From Octopus sinensis (taxonomy: Eukaryota), in the NCBI RefSeq assembly GCF_006345805.1, contig NC_043003.1:64728001-64792000 (forward strand): a DNA stretch of 64,000 nt. Reading direction: 5' to 3'. This document shows positions 1 to 14,127 of the stretch, piece after piece. Numbering within the stretch: position 1 is the first letter of the stretch; each line of letters starts with the position of its first letter. The position numbers were made by a program, and so were the translations under genes. The notes under the pieces were generated by a model, which saw nothing but the letters and a program-made list of their open reading frames with translations, did not search any database and had not been told where the DNA came from.

Positions 1-126
1 TGACGTTCAAATTCCCATTCAAATTCCACCGTAACGAACCAGAAGAAATGCTTGTAAGCATTTTGTCCGACGCGCTAATGATTCTATCTGCCCTCCGGCT
101 TCGTTTGAGTTATATAAGAACAAGTT

Positions 127-556
127 AAGGTGGGCACCTACCAGAATCGTTAGCACGCCGGGCGAAATGCTCAGTGGTATTTCGTCTGTCTTTATGTTCT
201 GAGTTCAAATTCCGCCGAGGTCGACTTTGCTTTTCATCCTTTCGGGGCCAATTAAATAAGTACCTGTTACGCACTGGAGTCGATATAATCGACTTAAACC
301 GTTTGTCTGTTCTTGTTTGTCCCCTCTCTGTGTAGCCCCTTGTAGGCTGTAAAGAAATAAGAAACGTCAGCACGCCGGGCAAAATGCTCAGCGGTATTTC
401 GTTTGTCTTTACGTTTTGAGTTCAAATTCCGCCGAGGTCCACTTTGCCTTTCATCCTATCGGGGTCGATAAATTAAGAAACAGTTACGTACTGGGGACGA
501 TCTAATCGACTGCCCTCCCCCAAAATGTCGGGCCTTGTGCCTAGAGTAGAAAAGAA
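127..556 (+). mobile_element. SINE family A (tRNA head plus Meta/MESC-like core), tandem dimer
   Basis: B box GAGTTCAAATTCC and core GCCTTTCATCCTTTCGGGGTCGATAAATTAAG. The core name is from recall of the MetaSINE domain and is unverified. Confidence 0.8.
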
Positions 557-889
557 GAGTATATAAGGACAAGCATTTACGAACGAAATATATATACCTG
601 TCCTTCTATTATCTATCCTAATGTATCTATGTATATATACATACACAGGAGGCTCAACGGCCCAGTGGTTAGGGCAGCGAAGTCGTGGTCGTAAGATCGC
701 GGTATCGATTTCCAGATTGGGCACTGTGAGTGTTTATTGAGCGAAAACACCAAAAGCTCCACCTCGCTCCGGCAGGGGGTGATGGTGAACCCTGCTGTAC
801 TTTTTCACCACAACTTTCTGAACCCAGAACTATGTGGTTGGGAAGCAAGTTTCTTGCCACACAGCTAGGCCTGTGCCAATATGTATATA

Positions 890-926
<37 letters not shown>

Positions 927-930
927 ACAG

Positions 931-2170
<1,240 letters not shown>

Positions 2171-2208
2171 CTATATATATATATATTTCTTTACTATCCA
2201 CAAGGGTG

Positions 2209-2242
<34 letters not shown>

Positions 2243-2280
2243 TATATGCATACACACACACATATATATATATGTATATA

Positions 2281-2358
<78 letters not shown>

Positions 2359-2799
2359 TTCTGTGCCTGCGTTTGTCAACCCCAACATCACTTGACAACC
2401 GATGCTGGTGTGTTTACGTCCCCGGTTCGGCAAAAGAGACCGATAGAATAAGTACTGGGCTTACAAAGAATAAATCCTGGGGTCGATTTGCTCGACTAAA
2501 GGCCGTGCTCCAGCATGGCCGCAGTCAAATGACTGAAACAAGTAAAAGACTAAAGGAGTATAGACAATTTTCTGTTTTAAAACATTGTGTCGTGATTGGT
2601 TTATGTAAGGTGGCCGAAAACTTTTGGTGGTCATCTTGCATCTTCCCCTCTCATTCAGAACTCCTACAACAAAATATAATGATTATGTAAGGAAATGACT
2701 CCAGCAGGGCCAATGATTCAAGGCTACCGTCTACAAATACTGACTAGTAAATTAGGTTTTTCAGGGTTGCATCATGGTTATACAGAGATTAAGGAACAC

Positions 2800-3116
2800 A
2801 CCGTCGGTTACGACGACGAGGATCCCAGCTGATACGATCAATGGAAGAGCTTGCTCGTGAAATTAACGTGCAAGTGGCTGAGCATTCCACAGACACGCGT
2901 AGTTCTTAACGTAGTTCTCAGGGAGATCCAGCGTGAGACAGAGTGTGACAAGGCTGGCTCTTTGAAATACAGGTACTACTCATTTTTGCCAGCTGAGTGG
3001 ACTGGAGCAACGTGAAATAAAGTGTCTTGCTCAAGGATACAACGCGCTGCCGGGAATTGAACTCACGACCTTACGATCATGAGCCGAATGCCCTAACCAC
3101 TAAGCCACGCGCCTTC
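2800..3116 (-). mobile_element. SINE family D head and core joined to the family C tail
   Basis: Minus strand has head GGCGCGTGGCTTAGTGGTTAGGG, core TCCTTGAGCAAGACACTTTATTTCACGTTGCTCC, and the same tail as 13430-13610. D heads also occur at 8060-8300, 34290-34520 and 45240-45390. Confidence 0.78.
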
Positions 3117-3187
3117 ACTATACTGATATAATGTAGGATAAATATAATAACAACAATAACTCTGGGGTGCCTAGATTTATATATGGC

Positions 3188-3722
3188 TGAATCGTTAGCA
3201 CGCTGGACGAAATGCTTAGCGGTATTTCGTCTGCCGTTACGTTCTGATTTCAAATTTCGCCGAGGTCGACTTTGCCTTTCATCCTTTCGGGGTCGATAAA
3301 TTAAGTACCAATTACGCACTGGGGTCCTTGTAATCGACTTAATCCGTTTGTCTGTCCTTGTTTGTCCTCTCTGTATTTAGCCACTTGTGGGTAGTAAAGA
3401 AATAGGTATTTCGTCTGCTGCTACGTTCTGAGTTCAAATTCCGCCGAGGTCGATTTTGCCTTTCATTCTTTCGGGGTCGATAAATTAAGTACCAGTTGCG
3501 TACAGCGGTCGATGTAATCGACTGGTCTCCTCCTCAAAAATTTCGGGCCTTGTCCCTAGAGTAGAAAAGAATCGCTAACACGCTGGATGAAATGCTTAAC
3601 AGTCGCCGAGGTCGACTTTACCTTTCATCCTTACGGGGTCGATAAATTAAGTACCAGTTGTGTACTGGAGTTGACGTAATCGACTAACCCTAAATTTCAG
3701 GCCTTGTATTTACAGTAGGAAG
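3188..3722 (+). mobile_element. SINE family A, tandem trimer
   Basis: Three head-to-tail copies of the same core. Confidence 0.8.
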
Positions 3723-4744
3723 AATATATCGGTGCATAAATTTATAGATATTCCGTAACAACTTTTGATTACAGAAAAGATTTTTATCATAATGAATTAC
3801 TTCGAGTTCTACCAGTTGTTTACAAATGTACAATTCCAGGCATCACTAAATGTGTGTGCGCGCGCGTATGATTAAAATAGCTTGCTTTGTAACCATACGG
3901 TTTCGGGTTCAGCCCCACTCCGCGGTACTTTGGAAAACTGTATTCTACTATAACACCGGTCGACTGTGTCTTGGGAGTAAATTAAGAAAGCCTGTCGTAT
4001 GTATATATAATTATGGTTTCCGATTCTACCACAGGGGCAGCAGTTGTGTGGGAGGGTACAAGTCGATTACATCGACGCCAGTGTGTAACTGGTTCTTAAT
4101 TTATCGACCTCGAAAGGATGAAAAGCAAAGTCGACCTCGGCGGAATTTGAACTCAGAACGCAGCGGTGGGCGAAATACTGCTAAGCATTTCGTCCAACGT
4201 GCTAACGATTCTGCCAATTCGCCACATTACCACTATAAATATGTAAATTCATAAAGCGCTGCATTTCCATGGCTACTGCTTTTGTTGTCATCAGTATTGC
4301 TGCTGCTGCTGCTGCTGCCGACGTTGCTAATAACTGAACCGATTTATTTCGGCACGCGCTTGATAGAAGCTCACCCACCCTCTAACCCCTACCAGTTAAC
4401 TACGAGCAATTGAAATATTGCTTGAAGTGAGATATTATCGTTACTGAAACAGGAAGCCACGTGATACTATGACGACATACAACGGATGTCCATCGCCATA
4501 TTTGACACTTACCTTGTTCTTCTTTAAAAGTAGTTTTTACTTCCCGCGTACACATTCACATTTTTGCTTCGGAGTAAAAGAGAATACCTAGACACTTACT
4601 CTGCTAGAAAACAGAATAGCAAGACCAGTCGTCTTGTAATGTGGCAAGCTAATGAATATTAATTAATATAACAACTGTGTTTAGGAGAAACATTTTTTTA
4701 TGTTAATGATCTTTTTTACCCTAATTGCCTAATGATTAAGGTCG

Positions 4745-5065
4745 AACTCTCTCCTCCTACCCTTTCTCTCTCTCTTTCTCTCTCTCTCTTTCTCTCTTTC
4801 TTTCTCTCTCCCCCTTCTCTCTCTCCCGCCCTTTCTCTCTCTCTCTTCTCTATTTCCCCTTCTCTTTCCTCTCTCTCTCCTATTCTCCCCTACCCTTTCT
4901 CTCTCTTTCTCTTTCTCTGTTCCACTCTCTCCTCTCTCCCCTCTATCCTTTCTATCTTCCCCTCTCTCACTCTCCCCCTACCATTTCTCTCTCTCTTTCC
5001 CATCTCTCTCTGTGTCTCTCTCTTTCCCTCTCCTCCCTCTCTCCCCATTCTCCCTTCCCTCCCCT
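4745..5065. repeat. Polypyrimidine (CT-rich) tract
   Basis: About 320 bp that is almost purely C/T. Purine-rich tracts lie at 15750-16090 and 52483-52609 ((GAA)n). Confidence 0.95.
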
Positions 5066-5067
5066 AA

Positions 5068-5517
5068 CACATCATTATGGTGACTTTGTTGGAGGAATTA
5101 GCTCCAAAACGCTGTCGTGAAAAATCTCATCAAAAGATGCACATTGTGCCCCAGATCAAAGGATCGAAAGACAACGAATAGCTGTCAGAAGTGTTTGAAA
5201 CCCATATGCTTGGATCATTCATAGTTTTTGTTCACCGCTATGGTGAAGGGGTCGAGGACGAGAACGGAAGCAGTAACAACGACTAGATACTAAACACCAA
5301 ATGATTTACCAAATAAAATGTCTGCTCGTTTTGTTTGCCTGCCTCAGTAGATTTTCCATTTTTTTTCAATCATCCAATACATAAAATTTTCATACTGTAT
5401 GATTAAAATGTCTTGAAGAACAAATTGTACAGAAACTCTTGATAAATAATTGTAAAATACCAGGGGTAAATCCCACTAACGGTGTCTTAATATTCGACCG
5501 GACCAACAGAGGGCTAA
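5068..5517 (+). mobile_element. piggyBac 3' remnant (C-terminal cysteine-rich domain plus right end)
   Basis: 5132-5221 encodes KRCTLCPRSKDRKTTNSCQKCLKPICLDHS. The element ends ...CAGAGGG followed by CTAA (degenerate TTAA). Confidence 0.72.
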
Positions 5518-5815
5518 ATCACTTCCTGCTCTCCCACCATTGAAATGTCTTTATTTTTTTCCCCTAGTGGCGGCGATATCTCCTATCATTGTCCAATGTA
5601 TTCATACTTGTTGTTCAAATAAGTTGTTCAAATTTTGCCGAGGTCGACTTAGCCTTTCATCCTTTCGAGGTCGATAGAATAAGTACCAGTTAAACACTGG
5701 GGTCGATACAATCGACTTAAACCCTTCCCTAAAAGATTTCTGGCCCTGTGCCAAAATTTGAAACCATTTGAAATCATTATTCTTAAATGAGCTTTTTCTT
5801 TCTCTCTTTTTAAAG

Positions 5816-7034
5816 ATGTCATTCGTCTGTCTGTCTACGGTGAAATTCGACACCCAGTATTTGATTCGGAGCTGGCACGTGAGCAAAGCTATTCTAGTCT
5901 TCAGCTACCATCTAAACCAAAAGACGTTAGCGCTGGATATCTAACACAAATTGACGCATCAAGTTTTCGGAGAGCTCCCCGACTGCAAGATCTAGCTCTG
6001 GTAGGAAATAGAATCCGGTTCCTCAGTCCACATTTGTTTCAAAACATTACCGAATTAATCAATCTCAACTTACGAAAGAACAATATCCAATATTTATCCA
6101 GTGCAGCATTACAAGGTCTTCCAAATTTACAAGAAATTCGTCTTTCTAATAACAAAATTGCTTATATCAATGGGAGATTCTTTCAATGGACACGAAAAAT
6201 AGTCGAAATCTATCTGGACACTAATCGAATAAGTAGAATATATAGCGGTTTATTTAATTCTTTGCGGTTTTTGGAAGTGGTTGATCTGTCGCGGAATAAT
6301 CTAAATGATATGCCAAGGAACGTGTTTTACCAAAACAGTAAATTGAAGGTCATTCGTTTGGATAACAATCGTTTAAAATTATTGCGGCCTGAATGGTTCC
6401 GAAACTTGCAGAATCTAGAGGTCCTTTCATTGAAGGGTAATCGTTTTTGGGTTCTACCAAATGATATGATTTCGAGACCGAATGCCTTACGTGAGCTCTA
6501 CTTGTCTCATAATTTCTTATCGAATTTGAACAAAACTTTCTTTGATAACTTAGAGCACTTGGAAACGATTGATCTTTACAGTAATAAGATTACCAAATTA
6601 CCATTCCGCTGTTTTGATCGCCAGTATAAACTGAAGAACCTGAATCTAGCAGACAATTTCATATCGAATTTAGACTCAATGCCGTTTTATAGAGTATCCA
6701 CGCTTGAAGAACTCAATCTCTCTTTAAACTGGCTCGAAAATATCTCAAAAGGTCTGTTTTCTTCGACCATCTCTCTGCTGAGGATTAATCTCAGCTTTAA
6801 CAAGTTGCCTGCGATTTACAACGATAGTTTTTTAGGCTTAACTCACATGAGGGAACTGAATTTAGCCAATAATTCTATAAGACATCTTGATGCCAGGGCC
6901 TTCAGCGTAGGAAAGTTGAACCAGCTTTCTCAACTGACATGGTTGAATCTCCAGTTTAACCAAATCGGAGAGATTTTACCTCAAGTCTTCCATGAGTCAC
7001 CACATTTGAAATTTCTCAACATCGGACACAACAG
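5816..7034 (+). CDS. LRR-pseudoprotease gene, first identified exon (about 15 LRRs)
   Basis: Polypyrimidine tract plus AG acceptor at 5814-5815. The frame is open from 5815 (DVIRLSVYGE...), upstream of the listed ORF start. It contains regular 24-aa LxxLxLxxNxL repeats, and the donor is AG|GTTAGT at 7035 (phase 2). Confidence 0.92.
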
Positions 7035-9386
7035 GTTAGTGACTATTTAGAGTAGTGCTTCGCAAGCTTTTCCTGTCAACGTCCCAAAACTTTATTGGCT
7101 CCCAAACGACCATTTCCACATTTTCATGTCTATTCTTTTCAAAACTGTTGCTTAGTCTAGCAGTGTGCATGACTTGACAGATAATAACTCTTTCTACTAT
7201 AGGTACAAGGTCTGAAATTTTGTGGAAGAGGACTAATGGACCCCGAAAGGATAAAAAACAAAGTGGACCTGGAGGAAGTTTGAACTCGGAACGTAAAAAT
7301 CAGGAAAATGCCGTTAAGCATTTTGTCTACAGTGCTAACGATTCCGTCAGCTCGCCACTTTTTTTTCAAGAGAAAACAATTATATTATTAAGTTCAAAAC
7401 TGAATCAATTTTTTTAAATATATAATTTCTATTGTTTACTTAATCAAACAATTATCTTTACAATAAGTGAATCATACAACATAATCCTAAAATAACTCAG
7501 TAAGAAATAATATTTCGAAACTTCGTGAGTTTTCTATTCCGCAAATGAGCTAAAAGTGTCGGAACATCTACAGATTTTCTTAGGTTTCAAATATATTCAT
7601 TCTTATTTGTCCTTGCTCTAAATTCCTTTTACGTTGTTGAAACCAAAGTCAAAAAAAGGAAATATTTAGCAGCCGGAAGATTGCAATTCTAATTTACATT
7701 CGAATCAGTCTTTCTTCCGGTATAAACAATGTTTTTTAACACTTCGTAGTCAATCGAATGTAATTTGTTGAGTTAGGTGAAGGTGGTGTACAGGGTGATA
7801 ACTTATAGATGAAGTAGAAACCATTGTTAGAGAAGAAACAAAGATAGTGAACGGACATTATTCAGTAACGGATAATTATTGGAAGAATGGTGAATTGGAA
7901 AAGGTTGTCGGTCAAGCAATATAAAAATCAATATCACCATCGTATTTCGACGTGGTTGAATATCCAACCCCAACCAGTCGGGGTGAATAGTATGATGTAC
8001 TATTCATCCTTTCAATCGGTGAATGCAAAAACGTGTCTCGCGAGGCCGCTGTTCGGGAGATTTTCCTGAGTCACCATCTCACCTTATAACTTCCTTTCCT
8101 GGATTCTGTGGTGCATATATTCCCTTTCCCCACCGGACTGGATGGCCGACCATTGTCGGATTACTCATTTTTGATAGCTGAGAGGACTGGAGCAATCTGA
8201 AATGTAGTGTTTTGCTCAAAAACACAACGCATCACCCAGTCCAGGAATCGAAACCGCAACCTTGCAATCATGAGTCGAACACCCTAACCACTAAGCCACA
8301 ATAACAATTTTGGTAAAGACGGTAGAATGTTTGACCAATTAACACCAATGTCGATTTGGAGAAGATGTTAGCAATGTTATTTTAAAAATATATCGTGTTA
8401 TTGAAGCCACAATAAATGGTAGCATGACTGTACATGGCAGTAAGCTGGTAACGTTGTTAGCGTGTAGAACAAAATGATTAGCGGCATTTCTTCCAGCTCT
8501 TTACGTTCTGAGTTCAAATCCTGTCGAGGTCAACTTTATCTTTCATCGCTTTGGGGTTGACAGAATATAGTACTAACCAAGTACTGGGGTCGAGGCAATC
8601 GATTTGTCCTCTTTGATTCGAAAATGGCTGACATTGAACCCTGCAACAGACTGGCATCATAACCACCAGTAATGTTATGACTTTGATCACTTATATGCCA
8701 CAGAAACCGAGCAACCGTCCTTCTAAGCCTTCGAGCTTAGAAAAAAGTAGCTGTGTGTATGAGTGTGTGCGTGTATGCGTGTGTGTACATGTGCGTGAAA
8801 CAGTGAGTATATGTGTGTGTGTACATAGGTGTGTGTGAACCGTGTGAGACAGTGCTTTGTCTAATACTCATGTCTGTGGAAACGGTCTTCTGCATTCAGA
8901 GAATTTTGAGATACTTAATGGTTCCTGTAAAATGTTTACCTGATTCTACTGCGAGGGCAAGAGTCTTTTACAATATTCAAGGGTGACCAATGGTTGGCTG
9001 AAACTATGTGAAAACTCGTCGTATGTGTGTGTGTATATGTGTGTGTGTTTGTGTGTGTGTCTTTTTGTTTGTGTTTGTCCTTTTCTCTCCACTTGACAAA
9101 CGCGTTGGTTTTAGTCTCCGTGGCTTAGTGGCTCGGCAAAGGAATTCAATAGAATAAGTGCCAGATTTAGAAGAAAAAAAGGAAAATGTCTGGGGTCAAT
9201 TTGTTCAACGAAACCGATCAATGCGGTGCTCCAGCATAGCTGCCATCCAATGACTGAAATAGATACAAAATATTACTGTCTCACTTCGCTCTCAACATTA
9301 ATGAATTTCTCATAGCATTTTGTCATTTTGCTCTCTGAGTATAAATCCTCTCGAGGTCGTGTCCGGGCAGATTCAATCGTCTAAAT

Positions 9387-9667
9387 CAGTGGTTCCTAAA
9401 GTGGGCAGTACTTCCCCCTTGGTGCACAGATCCAGGGGGCGTTGATGAAAAGTGGATGATAATGGGGTGGCCATAATGGGGTGACAGATGTAAACGTAAA
9501 TATATTAATAATTTAATTAGGTTTAAGTTGTATTTGTGAAATAGAATTGTTTTGAATTTTCTGCAGAGAGTGGTCTATATTTGTGGTGGAGGTGAGGGTG
9601 AGGGGGCACTAGGAATGTGGTCTGGGTGTCAAGGGGGCGGCAACCTGAAAAATTTTGGGAACCACTG
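9387..9667. mobile_element. hAT (Charlie-like) MITE 1
   Basis: TIRs CAGTGGTTCCTAAA and TTTGGGAACCACTG, with 8 bp flanks GTCTAAAT and GTCTACAT. A fragment of the same family lies at about 52880-52977. Confidence 0.8.
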
Positions 9668-9675
9668 GTCTACAT

Positions 9676-10003
9676 CAATGGTACTCAACCAGGGTCCATA
9701 TTGTCCCTGATGGTCCTTGTAAGATTTTTGGGGTTCCACACTACAAAACAGTTAATTGGGGACACACAAAGAGCCCACGAAAGAAATTTGCTTTAGATTT
9801 ATTGCAAGAAACGGCCTGGTTTCTTTCTTTAACATTTTACATAGTTCAACCGACACAAGTTAATGTGTGAGAAACAAACTAGGCATTTTGAAAGAAATAT
9901 CTATAAAACTAGTTTTTAATCCCTGAGTGGATATGGAGGGGTTCCACCAAAATAGAATAGTATTCAAAGGGACCCATAGGCAAAAAATGGTTGAGAACCC
10001 CTG
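9676..10003. mobile_element. hAT (Charlie-like) MITE 2
   Basis: TIRs CAATGGTACTCAACC and GGTTGAGAACCCCTG, with 8 bp flanks GTCTACAT and GTCTAATT. Confidence 0.72.
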
Positions 10004-10950
10004 GTCTAATTCCTTTTCTTTACAAAATGTGTTGTCCTTGCATCAATGTAAGAATTTCTATTAATATCAGACAGTGATTTGTGGAAGGCCACACATTATA
10101 AGGAAGAAGCGAAGTCGTTTAAAATGACACCATTACACCAATAGTATTTTCTTTTATTGACTCCCTAAAGAAATCCACGCTATAAAAATTCAGAGGGGGA
10201 AGGTATAAAGTCGAATTAAATACTTGACTGATACTTTATTTTATCCACCCCGGAAAGATGAAAGACAAATTCGACCGGAGCGACATTTGAAAACAGAATG
10301 TAAAGAGCCGCAGATAGAAACCGTTAGACATTTTGTTCAACGTTCCGTTGATTCTCTCAATACACAGTTGCGATGTAAGAACCGTTTCCAACTGAAGCAC
10401 AGGGCCAGCAACTTTAAGTGGAGGGGTGGGGGGCAGGAAATTTAGATGATTATGTCCTCCCCAGCATTTTACTGGTACGTTATTTTATCAAACAAGGAGA
10501 GATGAAAAGCAGCGTTCGGCTCAGCCGGATTTGAGATCAGGATGCAAAGAGACGAATAAATTCCTCTGAGTTACACGCAAACATGCACACATGTGCGCAG
10601 AAATATACAAATACAGATAGAAAGAATAAGGAAGAGGGAAAGAGATGAAGACATTGCTGTTTATTGACTGAACATGATTGGCGTGGACACGCCCTCTCTT
10701 CATTCTCGTAAAGAAATAAGTTCACCAACATAAAAAAGGAAAGGGAGGAGATAGACGAAGAGAGAGAAAGCGAGAAAGAGGAGGGAGGAGGGAGGAGGGA
10801 GAGAACGAGAGAAGCATTAAAACATCTGATGTTAAATTATTCAGCGTTAAATCGGCGACGCCATAACAGCTGCGCCAAAACGTCTCATATACTAGACTAG
10901 TATTTACTTTAGCTCCAGACCCCAAAAGAATGTAGAACAAAGCCCATCTT

Positions 10951-11165
10951 GATTATTTGCCAACATAACATGGCAGTCCTGATTTAGGACGAATGTTGCT
11001 GTAATTTAACCCCATGAGACATCGTAGGGGTGCTAGAGTCCCTTGTTCGAAAATATAAAGACACAGATCGGGTCGTATAGCCAGCTGGAGACGATGTCTC
11101 CTGGAGCTAAATTACTGCAATATTTGTCCTAAACCAGGACTGCCATGTTATGTCGGCAAACAATC
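10951..11165. repeat. Foldback inverted repeat, 75 bp arms with 65 bp spacer, intronic
   Basis: 10951-11025 is the near reverse complement of 11091-11165. Confidence 0.9.
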
Positions 11166-11626
11166 TTTACTCCAAAGTGCTGTTGCTGAATATCTCTCGT
11201 TGTGAGATTTACAAATAGTGATTTTCTAAAGCGCATCTCCTTTGGATAGGTACTGAGAGCAGAAAACACCGAATTAGAACAAAAAAGCATAAGGCTAAGA
11301 CATACATTCCATTCCTCTCTCGAATGGGTCTACCAAATCCACTCTCTTGTTGGTTACTACGTATCGAAAGAGCTTTTACAGTTTATCTTTCACTTGTTTC
11401 AGTCATTAGACTGCGGTCATGCTGGAGCACTACCGTAAAGAATTTTAGTCTAACGAATGGACCCCAGTACTTATCTTTTAAGGCCTCGTACTTATTCTAT
11501 CGGTACCTTTTGCCAAACCGCTACCTTACTGGGGCATAAACGTACCAACACTGGTTGTCAAGTGGCAGTAGAGGACAAACGCGCGCACGCACAGACAGAC
11601 AGACACACTCACACACTCCCAGAGGC

Positions 11627-11669
<43 letters not shown>

Positions 11670-12077
11670 CGCAGGCGTGGCTGTGAGGTGAGAAGCTTAC
11701 TTCCCAACCACATGGTTCCGGGCTTAGTCCCACTGTGTGACTCCTTGACCAAATGTCTTCTACTATAACCTCGAGTCAACGAAAGCCTCGTGAATGGATT
11801 TGGTAGACGGAAACTGAAAGAAGCCTGTCGTATATATATATATGCTTGTGTGTCTGTGTCTGTCCTCCCACCATTGCTTGACAACCAATATTGGTGTATT
11901 ACGTCCCCGTAATTTACCATTTTGGCAAAAGAGACCGATAGAATAATTATTAGGCTTACAAAGAATAAGTCTTGGAGTCAATTTGTTCGACTAAAGATGG
12001 TGATCCAGTATGACCGCAGTCAAATGACTGAAATAAGTAACAGAAAAAAAAGAAAAAAGGATAGAATATAAATACAT

Positions 12078-12112
<35 letters not shown>

Positions 12113-12385
12113 CGAGATACACACAACGGGTTTCTTTCAGTTTCCATCTACCAAATCTACTCACAAGGGTTTGGTCGGCCCGAGTCTATAGCAGAATACA
12201 TATACTGTAAGACTGACCCAGGAACCATGTGGTTGGGGATCAATCTTCACACCTACGCCTGCATATAAGATATAAGGGTTTTTTTTTTTCTTTAGGTGAT
12301 CCCTTTTTAAAATAAAGTATCTATAATGTTATGCATTGTGACATAAGCCTAAGCTATATTATTATCTTTTTCATTTCTATTCCAG

Positions 12386-13004
12386 AATACGGGCTCTTCA
12401 TAATGACACGTTCCAACAAATGCCGTATTTGAGTACATTGCTTTTAAACAACAACGAGTTAGAAAGACTGACCGTTGGGCAGTTTCATATACAGAAATCA
12501 CTCACTCATCTAAATCTAGCGAAGAACAGATTACGTTCTTTGGAAGAAGGAATTTTCTCTGGATTGGGCAATCTTCAAAAAGCCGTCTTTACCTTTAACC
12601 AAATAAGCAGTATTGGTGAAAAAACATTCGAAGACACACCGAATTTATTTCGATTTGAATTTGCTAATAACAAGCTTTCAACATTCAACTTTGATATCTT
12701 AGCTCCAATGCGCAGACTCCACTACGTTGATCTGAATCGAAACATGTTAACATCCTTGAAGGAAACGAAACGGCGTGATATTTTCATAGTGTATTTGTCA
12801 TTGGCTGCAAACGAATTGGTGACTTTAGAAAAAAGTATCCTCCGTGTGCTGGTTCCTGGCGCTTCGGTTGTTCTATCGGACAACCCCCTTGATTGTGATT
12901 GCAAACTACGCTGGTTACGTGAATATGTACAGAAAAAACAATTGCTCCTAAGTTTCAGTGAACAAACACTTTGTAAAATGCCAAGAAATGTAACAGGCTT
13001 AAAG
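12386..13004 (+). CDS. LRR-pseudoprotease gene, exon with about 7 LRRs and first part of the LRRCT cap (NPLDCDCKLRWL...TLCKMPRNVTGLK)
   Basis: Acceptor ttctattccAG at 12384-12385. It joins in frame to 7034, giving LNIGHNR-IRALHNDTF, an unbroken LRR. Donor AAG|GTCAGT at 13005 (phase 0). Confidence 0.93.
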
Positions 13005-13229
13005 GTCAGTTATCTTTCTATTTATTCTCTTATTCTTTCATTCTTTCACTTGTTTCAGTCTTTTGACTGTAACCATGCTTGAGCACCGCCTATATATTTT
13101 TTTCATTTATAAAACTCATCCGTTAAATACAGGACCCTAGTATGAATCTGTTTACTTAAACCACTCCCTGTCTTTTGCTAAGAAAGCTAACGTTCTCTCT
13201 ATATATATGTCCTTTGGTATTTTCTTTTG

Positions 13230-13610
13230 TGGAGGCGCAACGGCTCGGTGGTTAGGGCAGCGGACTTGCGGTCATACGATCGCTGTTTCGATTCCCAAAC
13301 CGGGCGTTGTGGGTGTTCGAGTGAAGGTACTTAAAGCTCCACGAAGCTCCGGCAGGGGTGTGGGGGTGAACTTTGTTGCATTCTTTCACCACAACTTTCT
13401 CTCACTCTTTCTTCCTGCTTCTGTTGTACCTATATTTCAAAGGGCCAGCCTTGTCACACGCTGCATCACGCTGAACCTCCTCGAGAACTACGTTAAGGGT
13501 ACACGTGTCTGTAGGGCGTTCAGCCCCTTGCGCGTTAATTTCACAAGTAGGCTGTTCCATTGATCGAATCAACTACAACCCTCGTCGTCGTAACCGACGG
13601 AGTGCCACGA
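13230..13610 (+). mobile_element. SINE family C (tRNA-Arg-like head), full copy
   Basis: GGAGGCGCAACGGCTCGGTGGTTAGGGCAGCGG...GTTTCGATTCCC head and tail ending GTCGTCGTAACCGACGGAGTGCC. Partial copies at 647-815 and 24960-25290. Confidence 0.8.
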
Positions 13611-13646
13611 CATTTTCTTTTACCTAAAACCAAGAACTATTCCGCA

Positions 13647-13854
13647 TACTTCCTGGTTTTCGGTAAAAGAAGATACAGGAAGATCAGTTAAATGTGATTT
13701 TATTCAACATATTCTCCCCTCAGATTCACACACTTATTGCAGCGGTCCTTCAGTTTTTCTACGCCCTGTAAAAGAACTCCGAAGGTTGGACTTTGAACCA
13801 GGCCTTTCGCGACACAATTAAAGCTAGGAACTTTTCAACACCACTCCCCTCGTA
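13647..13854. mobile_element. Mariner-type MITE remnant
   Basis: The right end GGAACTTTTCAACACCACTCCCCTCG-TA resembles a TACGAGGG..AAAAGTTCC terminal repeat. The left end is degenerate. Confidence 0.55.
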
Positions 13855-14088
13855 TCTTTGAGGTATGAACATGCTTCGCACACGCACATACACACACACC
13901 ATTTAATGGACACAGTATAAAAATACGACCTACTAATATAAGTTTCTTGCTTAGGAGAGGTAAGAAAGTAGAAGTAACACATATCTTTATACCCTGTACG
14001 TTAAATGATATTTATCTCTCACTGGGTGGAGTACCTTTTTGTTGATGTTACCTTAACGGAACAATAAACTACACACACACACACACTC

Positions 14089-14127
<39 letters not shown>

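Noticed and set aside
4252-4413. Leu-rich signal-peptide-like frame (PWLLLLLSSVLLLLLLLP) as first exon of the LRR gene
   Set aside because: An in-frame stop lies immediately upstream, there is no ATG in that frame and no GT donor, and the (CTG)n tract explains the Leu run.
4500-4610. Minus-strand splice-donor-like GTAAGTG motifs suggesting an antisense exon
   Set aside because: No recognisable protein, acceptor or partner exon, and such motifs arise by chance.
7035-7050. ORF-track extensions past the splice donors (also 13005-13082, 22191-22194, 25517-25533)
   Set aside because: These are intronic read-through. Strong splice sites and junction-reconstituted motifs define the true boundaries.
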